Of a DNA stretch of 64,000 nucleotides, positions 1 through 11,890 are shown piece after piece (the first letter of the stretch is position 1; the number at the start of each line of letters is the position of its first letter). A program made the position numbers and the translations under genes. Under the pieces are notes generated by a model that saw only the letters and a program-made list of their open reading frames with translations, was not told the origin of the DNA and searched no databases. The stretch covers positions 3,286,001 through 3,350,000 of the forward strand of contig JAYWIR010000008.1 of NCBI GenBank assembly GCA_036172245.1, given 5' to 3'. This DNA is from Raillietiella orientalis. Taxonomy: Eukaryota.

Positions 1-3000
1 GCTTCGATGAACCAGAACTCGTCCGACTACATCAATGCGTCCAACATCGTGAGTAGGGGCGCCGTCCTCCTTCTGACTCCTTCTGGATCTCCTGCTGGGC
101 TCGGAGTCAAGGCACTCGTAGGGGCGCCGGTTCCCCGCGCCGTCCGCTTCCCTCCGAGTCCAAAAGGAGATCCCCCGCAGCGGTCTCCAAAGAGGCGCCC
201 TCTTCTCGTCTTCGGACTCGGAGGATGCTGGGAAGTCGTCGTCTGCGGAGAGGGAGCAAAGATGGAAGGGGAAGGTGAGGGGGAAGTGCGAGGAGTTCTT
301 CCACTCTTCCGCCTTCCTCTTCCTCCTCCCTTCCGGCCCGGTCTGCGCGGAGCCGGAGTCCGCGACCTCGACTACCCTCCAGAAAGAAGGGACGATGGGC
401 ACCGAGCAGGCGAAATCAAACCCTACCCAGTTGAGGGTACTGGAGGGGCCGGGGAGCTCCATTCCGGAAGAGTAGGGAGGCGGCGTTACCAGAGGAGACC
501 TCCACGGCAGAGATGGCGGCGGGAGGAGGGCAAAAAAGGGCAAGAGCTTCCGGCGGTCTTGGAACAAGGAAACCAAGGAGGAAGACTCTCACCGCCTCCC
601 TCCCACAAGGGGACCCCGGGGAAATTGCAGCAATCACCTTTTCCTACTCCCGCAACCTCGACTTCCCGCCTCCGGATCGGCTGCAGGTGATCGCGGTCCC
701 TCGAGGAGCTCGAGACACTGGAGAGCGTACAGGCGGATCGGGGAGGCAGAGGGGAAAGCAAGGGATGGAGGAGGAGTGAGATAGACCTCTGCTGCCCCGG
801 CAGGGACGGAGCGCCCTGGTCTTTCAGCGATCCGGAAGAGGCGAGGCGCTCTTCTTCCAAAGTGACTCTGGGGAAGCGAGCAGGAGAGTGAATTGGGGTG
901 CAAAGCAAAAAACTCCTTTCCTTTCCGCCACACCCCCTCGTATCTCCCATCGCGCCCTGCAACCGTGAAGTCCTCGCCGCTTCGATTCCTATTCTCCTCC
1001 CTGTACAACCTAGAGGATCTCCTGCTCCCCACCTCCCCTACTGCCTCCAAACTGCCTTGATGACTGTTCCACGTTGCTGTCGGGACCATCCTGTAGGCCG
1101 CTCGCCCGTTCGAGACGCCGCGAATAGACCTAGAGACGCGCCCCCCGGGGTCTGCCACGGATGAGCGCGAACCTGGAGCTCTCCCCGATCCCTCTCTACC
1201 GCGAAGCTCCTGCAGCGTCTCTCAGGCCGCTTTTGCTTTACGGCACCAAGCAGGGGTCTCCCCTAGGCGAGCCACTCCTGGATGCTGCCGCAGTCGAGGC
1301 TGTCAGAATGGCAGAGAGAGAGACTCCCTCTCCCCATGATCTGCTTCCCTCCTACCCCCTTTCTCTCACAAAAGTTCCATGGAGACCACCACCTACCCCT
1401 TCTCCATGCCGTCCCACGGACGCGCGCGGTGCCGTGCCCGGAGTTTCCATGGAGACGCCAGACAAGGCGCTGCGGTTGTCGAGTGGCTGTTCCTCCGGTG
1501 GAATGGCGAGGAAGGGAGGGAAATCCCCATTTCATTTATCTTCCACTATTGTATCCCAACAATCTCACTTTCAATCAAAATTACAACATACTAAATATGA
1601 CACCACTACACTCTAAACCATTATGGAACAATCAGTGATACATATTACAATCCTTCTTTAATCAAAAAATATTTCAGCATTCCAATCCTTTCGTACTAAG
1701 AAACCATACCATAATCTAAAGATAGAAACCAATCTGTCTTACGCCGATCTAAACTCAAATCATGTAGGATTTTCTATTCGACTGAAAATAGGGTAGAAGG
1801 CGCGTCCGCCCTCTGTTCCACGCTGAGACCATTCCTCGTCGAGCTTCCCCATTCCTCCCTCGATTCTCTCCCTTCCCCTCTCCCGTTCGAAGCCGCCAGA
1901 ACGGAAGGGAGGATACGCAGGGCTTCTGACATCCCGTCATTCTGGGCGAGTGAACGGGGGGGAACAGCAGCACCTGGGAAGCCCTCAGGATGATCTGGAG
2001 CGAACAGCTCAGGCAGTTCTCCGAAGACCGCGAGATTCTTCGGAGAAGTCTTCTCGCTCACCCACCCCCGGCGGAGAGTCCCTGGGTCTCTCTCGTTCCG
2101 AAGGAAACGTCCCACGATGAAAGCGGACAACCGACAGGATTTCGTCATCCTCGGGACTCCTGCGCGCCCGTTTTTTGAGCTCCCCTGGTGGGTTCTCCGG
2201 CAGCTACCCCCAGCCCGCTCCCAATCCCTCAGTGCCCGTCCAGGAGCGTCGGGAAGGTGAGACTCCCGAACCTTCTCCGCGGCTTAGAGATGACCATGCG
2301 TTCTTTCCTCCGCTGCGTCGCCGGATGGCTAGCAACCATTTGCGGTTGCGCACCTCCGGGCCGGTATTCGTCGCACGGAAGCCACCGGACTGCCCGGCGA
2401 GCAGCTCAAAAGTGTCCCCTGGAAGGTCCGGGAGGCGCATTCCCTTCCGCTGCGTGAAAACACCGAGTGCACGGGGGAGCAGGATGGAACCGGGACCGGG
2501 GGGCGCGAGTCCGTGCTCACTGGCACAGAAGAGGATCACTGCTTGGGATGGGCGGCCTGGCCCCTCCCAACCTCCTGCGCTCAGAGAGCATGGTCGTCTG
2601 AGGTTCCCTCATGTCCGTCTCCTCAGGAGTGGCATGGGAGCCGCGGTCGGTCCTGAAGCCGAGCTCTCAGCGGGGGAGCGACTGACTCCGAGGTAGAAGG
2701 ATGGGTAGGATGGCGATCGAGCACGCCGAGAGTCCCATTGTGCTGCCGCTTGTCTCGATACGTGAGAGTGGCCTCCGGGTGGAGAGAGGAGGAAGAGGGA
2801 GAGCAGGAAGATGGATACGATGTGGCATTCGCTCTCCTTTCACGTGTGGCCGAGTGCACCCAGATCTGGTTTGGTTTTCCCTTTCGTACGTAGCCCTGCA
2901 TTCTACAGTCCGGAGGTTCGTTCATTGATCCCGGCGGGAGTAGGAGGCTGAGGCGTGGAGAGACGAGGGAAGAGGCCAGCGATGGGATCATGTGCTGGTT

Positions 3001-6000
3001 TTGCACAGCGCTCAAGGCGTGAGGATATGCATCATTTCCCGGAGGCAGGACCTAGTGGAAATCCGATGCCACTCTTGGGTGATGCTTCCCAAACAGGTTC
3101 ATACGAAACAAGAAAGACATTCCTCGTCTCGAAACGATCCCGCTGCACTGCTGCTGCACGAGGGGAAGAAAAAAAACCTTCCGAGGACGATGACAAACTG
3201 CAGATTGTAGCGAGAAATTCCAGCGGTTCGTAGGAAAGGCTTGGTTTCCGCTCTTGGCTTCGATGCAACATGCCCACTGTAGCTTTCTAAAGTGCGAGAC
3301 AACTCGCAATGGGCCAGCGCAGCAGTGTTGGCTTGCGGCAGCGTTTTTTTTTTTTTTTGCTGTTTTCCTGATTTCCTGGGGCAGCTGCAAGCAGATTTCA
3401 TGAGTTTGCAAAGCAAGCCTTGATTCATGGATACGGGAGAAGCGGTGAGAAAGTGAGGGTCGAAGGCGAAGGAGGTGGGGCCAGGGAGGGGGAAAGGGAG
3501 AGGGGGGATTTCGAGCGTGAGAGTTCCTCTGGGAGAGAGAGCGAGAAAGAGCTCCGTGGCCAACGACGGGGAGCAAGTTTTTCTCTTTCCCTCTTCCCAC
3601 CTGGCTACCTGGTCTGTGCTACGTCGCCTTGTGGGTCGTACGAGGTGGCCTCTTTGTTTCAGACTGACCACGACCCGAGGAGTCCCACCTACATCGCCAC
3701 CCAAGGTCCTCTCCCAAACACCGTGGTCGATTTCTGGCAGATGGTCTGGGAGCAGGGAGCTGTCGTCATCGTCATGCTGACGAAGCTGATCGAGAACGGC
3801 ATCACCATGTGCAACCGCTACTGGCCCGAGGACGGCTCCCAGATCTACCACGCATACGAGGTGTGTTGTGCCTTCGACCCGTCCCTGCGCCCCCTGGAAG
3901 AACTTTCCCGGAGACGCACTTTAGAAAGAGGGAGGGTCTCCCTGGCTCTCCCCGTTTCCTCCTGTTTTTTTTCCCCCACTTGCTCGCTGCTTTCCGGAGG
4001 AAGGGGAAAGAGGAATCCAGCGGGCGGGCATGTGTTGCAGATCCACTTGGTGTCGGAGCACATCTGGTGCGATGAGTACCTGGTCCGCAGCTTCTACCTA
4101 AAGAACCAGAGGACGGGAGAAACGAGGACGGTCAGCCAGTTCCACTTCCTGGCGTGGCCCAACGAAGGGGTGCCGGCGTCCGCCAAGTCGCTCCTCGAGT
4201 TCCGCAGGTACGGAATCAGGAAGCCCGGTTCCCTTCCCCCCTCCCTCTTGCCTCCGCTGCCGAGACTCCCATCCAGCTCCCTGCGCGCGGTCTCCGCCAC
4301 CATCGCCATCACCTCTCTCTCTTTCTCTGCGCCTTTCGTCACTGCACTCCCTGCCTGGAGCGACAGACGATCTTCGTTCACCGATTGGTGGGGTCACGCA
4401 GCTTTCGATCCCGCGCGTGAAGCCGGTTGGGAAAACCGGGTGGGCAGCGTCTCGAGGACGGAGAGGAGGAAGGCTGCCCTTCCACGGGAAGGGGGGAGAA
4501 GGAGGGCCCTTCGCTCCCGGAGGCTCTCTCCCGCTTCGAGGGGCCTCCCGGAGAAGGGGCTAGTCAGTTCCCTTCTTCACCCCGGGCAGGTTCATCTGCC
4601 CCCAATGCGTTCGGAGCGGTAGGGAAAGGGAGAGAAGTCACTCCTCTTTGCTCCCCGAGAACAAGGAATTCCCTGAGTATCCGAGATTTGGCGCATCCGT
4701 TGGCGACACCCGGCATGAGCAGCACGCAGGGCGGGGGGAATTTAGGTTCCCTTCTCTCTTTCCTCTCCTGGGCTCCAGAGGGGTCCTGGCGAAGCAGCTC
4801 TGCCGCGACCCCCGCAGGAACTGTAGGAGGCATCCGGGGGCAGATGAGGCCGATAGGCGGGTTGGAGAGGGACGGTCTAGGATCCAAGGCGAGCATGGGC
4901 GGGGAACGCTGAGGTCTTTCGCGGGTGCTGGGGTGGCAGCAACGAGTGCCGCTGTACCTGGCCAGGAAGAGGGGTGAAGGACGGGACCGGAGCCCTTCCG
5001 GAGGGCAAGAGGAAGGGCGAGCGGGCGCAGAACCTCGTAAGGGGAGCGGCGAGGAAGGATGGCGTCTGTGGCCGCGCCCCCCTCGAGGGAGTCAAGGAGC
5101 TCTGAGACGAACTTGGGGTCCTTCGAGGCGGGCGGTGTTGGTTCCTTTGGAAGCCGAGGGGAGGCTCAGGACGACTCTTGCTTCTCTGCCTCTGCAGTGG
5201 ATGGGCGGGACGCCGAAGGCAGGGGATCCAAGTCCGGAGCGAAGGAGGGGACGGCGTCCTTGGAAGTCCTGGGACGGCATCCTCGAGAACGAGGGACGGA
5301 TAGAGGGAAGAGGAGGGATGGAGGCTTCCCCTGCGTTCTCCCGGAAGAGCCCCCCAAGCTGCGGCTGCTCGGCTTTCCCTTGCTGGGCGGTGGTGGCAGC
5401 CTCCGTTCCGACCGTCTCACCCCACTAGTGCGAATGTGGGGGGCGGGAAAGACACGGAGGAAAGGGCCGGACCGCTCCCTTCGCAGGGCACGAGGGGTCT
5501 CAAGGGAGGAAGGGTCGATTTACCGGCCTGACGTAGAAGGGAAAAGGGGAAGGAGCGAAGGCGGCGCGGCGACGGAAGAAGGGAGACGGCAGAGGAGTTT
5601 ACGTGGCGACGGCAGCCACCCTAGCGGGGATGCCGACGGGTGGTGGGGCCTCTTCTCCCCCTCCTTCCTCTCCCCCCTTTCTGCAAAGAACGCCGTTGCC
5701 CCTGTGACGAGGGGGTCCTGCGACCCGCTTGCCTTCCTCCTCCCCCTCCCCGTTCATCAGAAGGTTCTCCAAAATGCTGAGGGGGGCGCGAGCGCGGCGT
5801 GGCCAACCTTCCATGCGAGCGCACTTCACGAGCCCATCCCGAGGAATCCGGGAGAAAAGGGGGGGAGTGAACACACTGCGCACGAAGCGTACGTGCGGGT
5901 GCCGCGAAGGAAAGGCACGCGTCCAAAGAAGGCACATGTGTGCTCACTTGCGTGCACCCGTACATTGTACACCGGCGCGCGCGCAGAAAATGACCTCCGC

Positions 6001-7353
6001 GCCTGCAAACCATCAGGAATCGCGCGCGCCTACCAGAACCATTCGTGCGGCACCAGGCGCGTAGGACACGCACGTGGACTCCCCCTCCCTCTCCGCTTCC
6101 CTGCGTGAGCATCCTGCTGCACGTGGCAGCGCTCGCCACGCGCACGCAAGAGGGCCAACAGCAGCAGCGCGTGCGAAGGCGTGCGTTCCGAGAGGACGGC
6201 CACCGCCCGGGCTGACTGCCGCGCTCATGCTGACACAAAGCGCCTTAGCGGCGGGGCTCCGAACTCCCAGCTGGAAACGCCAGCGCACTCATTTCGCGTA
6301 ACTTTCGAAAGAGGGAGGGGGCATCCGCGTCCGTCGATTCTCTTAAATTCCACTTCGCTGCTGCGCCAAAACCTCACCGCCACGCGGTCGTTCCCGTGCC
6401 ACTCCACACCTTCAGATGGAGCGCCGCCTCGCTTTTGCTCTCTTATCTTTCTGGAAAAATCCCTAGTGGCTGCCTAGCGCTTCTCCAGCGCGGCTCTTTT
6501 CCCGGCCCTGTCCCTGATCACTGCCCACTCGGCTCGCTGGTGGGCTCCGCCCGGACCCCACTTTCCTCCACCGGCTGGACTTCTCTTCTCGGCCCACGGG
6601 ATGAATCGTGTGTAACGTGGCGTCTCGTTCCAGGAAGATCAACAAGTCCTACAGAGGGCGGTCCTGCCCCATCGTCGTGCACTGCAAGTAAGTGACGCGC
6701 GCGCAGCGAGCGCGGGGGCACGAGGTTGGCGGTCCCGGACTGGTTCCGGGATGGCGCCGGAGGGAAAACGACTCTCCCTCCCGCACATGGGAGCGCCCTA
6801 CCGCGTGGCGCCTGCGCGGACAGGCGCGTGCGGGCGCGCGCCACGTGGCGTTTTCCAGAGGCGCCCTGGAGCGGAGGCGGGGAGTCTCGTCTGCGCAGCG
6901 ACCGCCCCGCGGTCGCTGCGAGCGACTCTTCCCGCTTCCCGGATCCGCCCGCGCGTTGGCAGGGGAGGGCTGCTCGACCTTTGCCCTCCTCCAGACTCCA
7001 GACTCGCTCTCCCGGAGGGTGAAGGGCGATCCGCTCTCCAGTGCTTCTTTCCGCCGCTGCCCGGTGGCGGCAGGCGGCGGTCGCTGCTTGGACGGCCAGG
7101 AAGAGGGGCACCGACTCTCCCTGCTTTGCTTTCCTCCCCCAGCAACGGCACCGGGAGAACGGGAACGTACATCCTCCTGGACATGGTGCTGAACCGCATG
7201 GCGAAGGGTGCAAAGGAGATCGACATCGCGGCTACGCTGGAGCACATTCGCGACCAGAGGTCGAAGATGGTAGCCAACAGGCAGCAGTTCGAAGCGGTCC
7301 TCATAGCGATCGCCGAAGAGGTCCACGCCATCCTGAAGACGTCGGCGAAGTAG
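1..7353 (+). CDS. IA-2: Receptor-type tyrosine phosphatase-like protein IA-2/PTPRN(2), C-terminal PTP domain; 5'-partial. Exons 1-48, 3663-3860, 4041-4207, 6634-6687, 7143-7353 (stop TAG)
   Basis: GT-AG introns are phase-consistent (678 nt total). Translation [26 protein letters not shown]...DFWQMVWE...RYWP...|[22 protein letters not shown]...[13 protein letters not shown]...[58 protein letters not shown] matches the IA-2/phogrin subfamily. Confidence 0.95.
1521..1790 (-). pseudogene. NUMT: decayed mitochondrial fragment, 3' end of rrnL (16S) plus probable 5' end of nad1
   Basis: Abrupt AT-rich, G-poor patch. CCTTTCGTACTAA (~1687) and GATAGAAACCAATCTGTCTTACGCCGATCTAAACTCAAATCATGTAGGATTT (~1721-1772) match the reverse complement of the conserved 3' region of animal mt 16S rRNA (16Sbr primer site). 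The minus-strand reading [16 protein letters not shown] (~1525-1580) resembles nad1 LLERKVLGYIQxRKGPNKVG. Confidence 0.8.
6902..7047. repeat. Dispersed repeat, copy 1 (copy 2 at 13092-13230)
   Basis: Shared core TTCCCGCTTCCC(g/a)GATCC.CCCG.GCGTTGGCAGGGGAGG...CTCGACCTTTGCCCTCCTCCAGACT...TCCCGGAGGGT.AAGGGCG, same orientation. Confidence 0.85.
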
Positions 7354-7855
7354 CAGCGGCAGAGTCCCCCCTGCGGGTCCGACCTTCCTTTCTTACGTTC
7401 TCTGTCTCCTTCTGCATCCAGAAAGTGCAACCCCGTTCGGCAGCTGGATGGTTCCACCCAGAAAACGGACCTCCCATTTCTCTCTCCTCCCTCCCTCCTA
7501 CCCCACCCTCTCTTCCCCTCCAGCACTCCTTCCGTTCTCCTTTTCGGGAATTTCACCTCGCCTCTCTCTCCACCCCGACTGAAGACCCTCCTGAAACCAG
7601 TCTTTCGGTTGCTCTTCTCCAGACAGCCCGCAGCTTCTTTCGAGATGCTTCTTCGACCTGCACCACCGTTTCCGACACAACCCCTCCCTGCCTTCCGTTG
7701 CTCCTTCCCCACGGTGCTTTGATTTCCCCAGGGCAACGCGCTGATTCCCCTGCGAATTTCCGGTACCCTTGCGCACTTGGGTAGCCTCTTTACGTGTAAA
7801 CAACCGTTCCCCATGATTTGTTTGTTGGAGCACATGCATGTGTGCTCCTTGACTG

Positions 7856-7861
7856 AATAAA
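7856..7861 (+). promoter_or_regulatory. Probable polyadenylation signal of the IA-2 gene
   Basis: AATAAA about 500 nt downstream of the stop codon. Confidence 0.55.
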
Positions 7862-9618
7862 GGTTTGCTGCAACACAACTGGAGGAGGTGTACGCACGTG
7901 AGGGGTTTCTTCAGGTGAGAACATTACACCTCTGACGCAACTGCGTCCCTACGCAGCTGCGCACCTTCAGGACATCCGCCTCATGTCCCGCCCTCCGCCT
8001 CGCCGGGCGCGCTCTGCCTCGTTCCCGTCGGCGGCTTCCCTGCCGGATCGGCGTGCCGGGTGCACATGCGCCGGACTGCCGTTTCCCCTGCAGTCGAGCG
8101 CCAGCTCGGGCCCGGTTGCCTTGAGCCGGGGATCAGGGGAGGGAAGGACACGGGGCGAAAAGGGGTCGGATTGCGAACACGCATAGGTGCGTCTGCCGCC
8201 GCATCCGGAATGCGTGTTTCCTACCCACCCCCCACCAACATCCCCCGCCCCTAGAAAGGAAACGTGAGTTCCTTGTGTACTTTTGAGCCCCGCACGTGTA
8301 GCAACGTCACGAAGCCACGCTCGCAGCATGCTGAAGGCGAGCGTTCCCTGCGTGATGAACACGCATGCGCTCTCGCACCTGCCTCGCACCATCTCGCGCT
8401 CCCAATGCCATCTTTCGAGTTTCGCGTGCGCTGCTGCCGCTGACTGTGATGACGGCAGTGATCCTCGACTCTCTCCTGGCAGACGCCACCGGAGACATGC
8501 TCGCGTCTGCACCACCGGCAGCACTTCCCCCAGTCTCCCAGGCTACCCCGGCGCGTGTTCCCTTCCCTGGAAGCAGCCTCGTCTTCTCGTGACCCCCACT
8601 TCTCCGCGCGTCCGGGGCGCTGCTCGGCGAACGTGGCGAGCGTGCACGAGCGGCCACTCTGACCCCACCCGTGGCCACCTGGGATACCGACAGCCTCTCC
8701 CAGCCTGGGATTCGCAGGCGGACTCGGATTTCGCTCCAGATGACCCCATTTCGGGGCGCAAATGCCAGCCTGGAGATCCCCTAGGCTGGAATCCCCGCAG
8801 AGGACGCTCTTCCCGTGACGGAACACCCACTTCATTCTAGGACACCCTTTGACCTCCTTCGGGTACGCGAGCAGGGGTTCCTTCCTGCAAGCCACCCACC
8901 CGCCCCTAGCCCCTCACCTCCCCTCTAGGGACATGAACGCTCCTCGGCAGCAGCTGGAGCAATCCGAGGAGCGCGCGCCACTGGTCAGTCCCCTGAGGAC
9001 GCTCCTCGCAAGGCAGATCTCACGCCCGCCCAGTCCCACACCTTGAATGACTGCCTCGGGACTGCTGACCCCGCAAACCCGGCTGGGAGTGGTCCAGACC
9101 CCGAGGCGATCGCCTGGTTACCGCCTCCTCCTCCCCCACTCCCTCGGCTCGCTGTCTTTCCGCCAGGTGAGCGCCTTTCTCTTCACGTTGCCCAAGACCC
9201 CGCGGACCGCGTCCTCCTCGCAACCCCGAGGGGCGCCGGATCACCCATGCGGCGTCGACTGGCGGCGCTCGAAGGGCTGGTCCCGACCGTCGAGATGTCC
9301 CCAGGGTCTGTCGGATGTCGAGCAAGGATGCGTTCCCCTAGGTTCCCCAGCTCGGGCACCGACCTGCAAGCGCCAGAGACCTGCGGGAGCCGTGGAGGAG
9401 GAAGCAGCAAGGGTTGCCCGGGAAGGCAAGTCGCCGCTGCTGAAGCCTGGAGCAGAAAGGGAGAAGTCAGCTCTGCTGGCGCCGCTTCCGGGCTGGGACG
9501 CCGCCCGCTGGCGGCCAGGTCGCGCGCAGGTCCTGTGAGACCTGGCTGCGACACGCCCCTGACTTCCTAGCCTCTCCCAGAGACTGCGCCGTCTCCGGGA
9601 GAAAGGTTCCCGGTGCAG

Positions 9619-9772
9619 GGAGAAGAAGAGGAGGAGGAGGAAGGGAAAGGAAAATGAAACAGGAGGAAGGGAGGAGGAGAAAGGAAAGAAGGCGAAGAGA
9701 GGGAGAAGGAAGGGGAAGGAGGATGAAAGAGGAGGAAGGGAGGAGGAAGATGAAAGAGGAGGAAGGGAGGGA
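9619..9772. repeat. Polypurine/polypyrimidine tract with internal tandem unit GATGAAAGAGGAGGAAGGGAGG
   Basis: About 150 nt of almost pure A/G on the + strand. Confidence 0.85.
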
Positions 9773-10869
9773 TGGGCGCAGGAGAAACCGAATCTTCTTC
9801 CGCCATCCGGGAACCGCACACGCTCGCGCGGTACGTTGCCCTCCCCCTCCCCCTTTTCCCCCGGCGTCTAGGCGCGCGCGTCCGCCCCAGCAGCTCTCAC
9901 GTCCCGGTGACGAAGAGCAGGCGCTCCGGCGCCCTACCCCTCGGCGCAAGCGTGCGGATAAAGATGGGCGCTCGCTCGCTGGCAGCGGAGCCTCCACGCA
10001 GAACTGACAGCCCAGTGCCCTTTCCCCTCTCTTCCCGAGGAAGTCCCGCCTCGTAGGGGAAACCCTGACGGTCGTCGGGGTTCCCGGAACACCAAGGTGC
10101 CTGGTATCCAGGAGTTGAGTCCAGGAAAGGCGATCTGAAGATCGCACGCGACGGGAAACCCTTCTGGGAGGAACGGGTGATATTTCCTTTTTGGAGCATT
10201 CCTCTCCGGCGTCAGACTCTAGGGAAGCAACGGTGGTCGGATCGCGGGTCATGACGTGCGCGGGGAGCAGGGGGGAAGCGGATCCACCCCTGCCTCGCCT
10301 CCCAGACAAGCGGAGAGAAGACGGAAGGAAGAGCGGAGGTCCAGCGAACGCAAGATTCCCCTCTCAGTCTAGGAAGACGCCTGTTGGAGCCCCACGCGCC
10401 CGAGGGAAAACTCCATCGGCGCCATCGCCGTCCTCCTTCCCCATCTGACCCAGACGCGCTTGTCAAGCCCCGTTGAAGAGGCGAGCGGGGTCCTGGAAGT
10501 CGAGAAGGGCAGGGAGGGGTGAAGGGAGACCCAGCGGAGGAGTGGGTCTAGAAGGCGTGGCCAAGGCCCGTCCTCCCATCTCTCCTGAGGGTGGAATGGT
10601 GGACGTTCTGTTCTGAGGCAAACGGAAAAGAACGCAGTTGACCAAATCAGAACCGGATGCTTCCACCCCTTTCTCAAGGAATTCTCCCACTTTCCTTCCG
10701 TTTGGGACCCCGGCAGACTGCGCTCTTCTCTTAGGCACACGTGCTCCTCCAGAGACCTAGGCGGGAGCACCTGAAGCACCTGGACGAGCTCCGGAAGGCA
10801 CCCGCCGCACCGGCAGGTCCAGCACTTTCGTGATCTCCTTGCAGGGTTTTCTTTCAAAATCCCTAACGA

Positions 10870-11890
10870 TCTTAAAAATGAACACATATGTTTATTATAT
10901 ATATTAACATGCATACTGGCATTAATATTAATATATATTAATCCATATGTAAATTTATATTCAGTATACGTATATATTAACGTGTATATTGATATATAAA
11001 TTAATATATGAATTTATATACAAGTTAATACACAAATTTATTGTAACGTACATATTTATTAATAAATATGTACGTTAGTATTAGTATAATTAAAAATATA
11101 CATTATTAAAATAATTATAATTATTTTAGTTAGTGATCTTCACTATGTACATTATGAACATATATAGTGAAGCTTATAAAACGTGAATTTATGTGTTTAT
11201 CTTGTAAATCAATGAATATTTATATATATAATGAATATATATGTAAAAATATGTATATAAGTATCGAATTCCAAAAAATGAAAAACAATGGCGACAACTG
11301 GAAATAGTGGAAAAAAATTAAAAAAGCATGCAAATTACAAAAACACAAAAAGGAAATTTGGTATTTCCTCATCCTGTCATTTCAAGCACTCAGCGAGCGA
11401 AACTTCCTCAACAATCGATGAATCCCGTTTTCGGCATTTTGATCGTTCGATAAATATGTATGTTTATAATTCCATATATATCTATTCATTTCAAATATTT
11501 TTATTAAATATATAAAAGTGCATGAATATATGTATTTATTTTCACAATCTTTCAAATATATACTAATAATATACACTAATAATAATGGTATTCCCAAATA
11601 TGCATATTGAAATAAAATTTGCAGATATCAATCTATATGCATATATGTATATAAATATATATAAAAGTCACATATATTCGCATATATTTGTTTTTAGTAA
11701 TCTTTACAATATATATTAATCTATACATTGAGCTACATATCAATACATATAAAAATATATTTATTTATTTTCATAATCCTACTCTATTTGCAAATACATA
11801 TACTGATATATAATATGCAGATATACAAACAAATGTACATTTGTTTATTATTCAGATTTATACATTAATGCATAAATCTGTACCTATTAT
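10870..11890. other. Sharply bounded, very AT-rich island with clustered palindromes
   Basis: TA-rich low-complexity block in GC-rich surroundings. Perfect palindromes at 11044-11077 (34 bp) and 11107-11128 (22 bp). Confidence 0.85.

Noticed and set aside
7..690. 227-aa ORF
   Set aside because: Only the first 14 codons are PTP-like; GTGAGT at 49 starts an intron and the rest is low-complexity read-through.
3420..4622. 400-aa ORF as a single gene
   Set aside because: Two IA-2 exons joined through an open 180-nt intron plus flanking intron sequence.
5059..6108. 349-aa ORF and other long Arg/Gly/Pro-rich ORFs (12656-13804, 13910-15106, 19561-20781)
   Set aside because: No domain motifs or codon bias; expected by chance in GC-rich, stop-poor DNA.
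4560..9560. Further minus-strand non-LTR relics at ~4560-5200 and ~8640-9560
   Set aside because: Only faint resemblance to the 37-46 kb family; too weak to annotate by eye.
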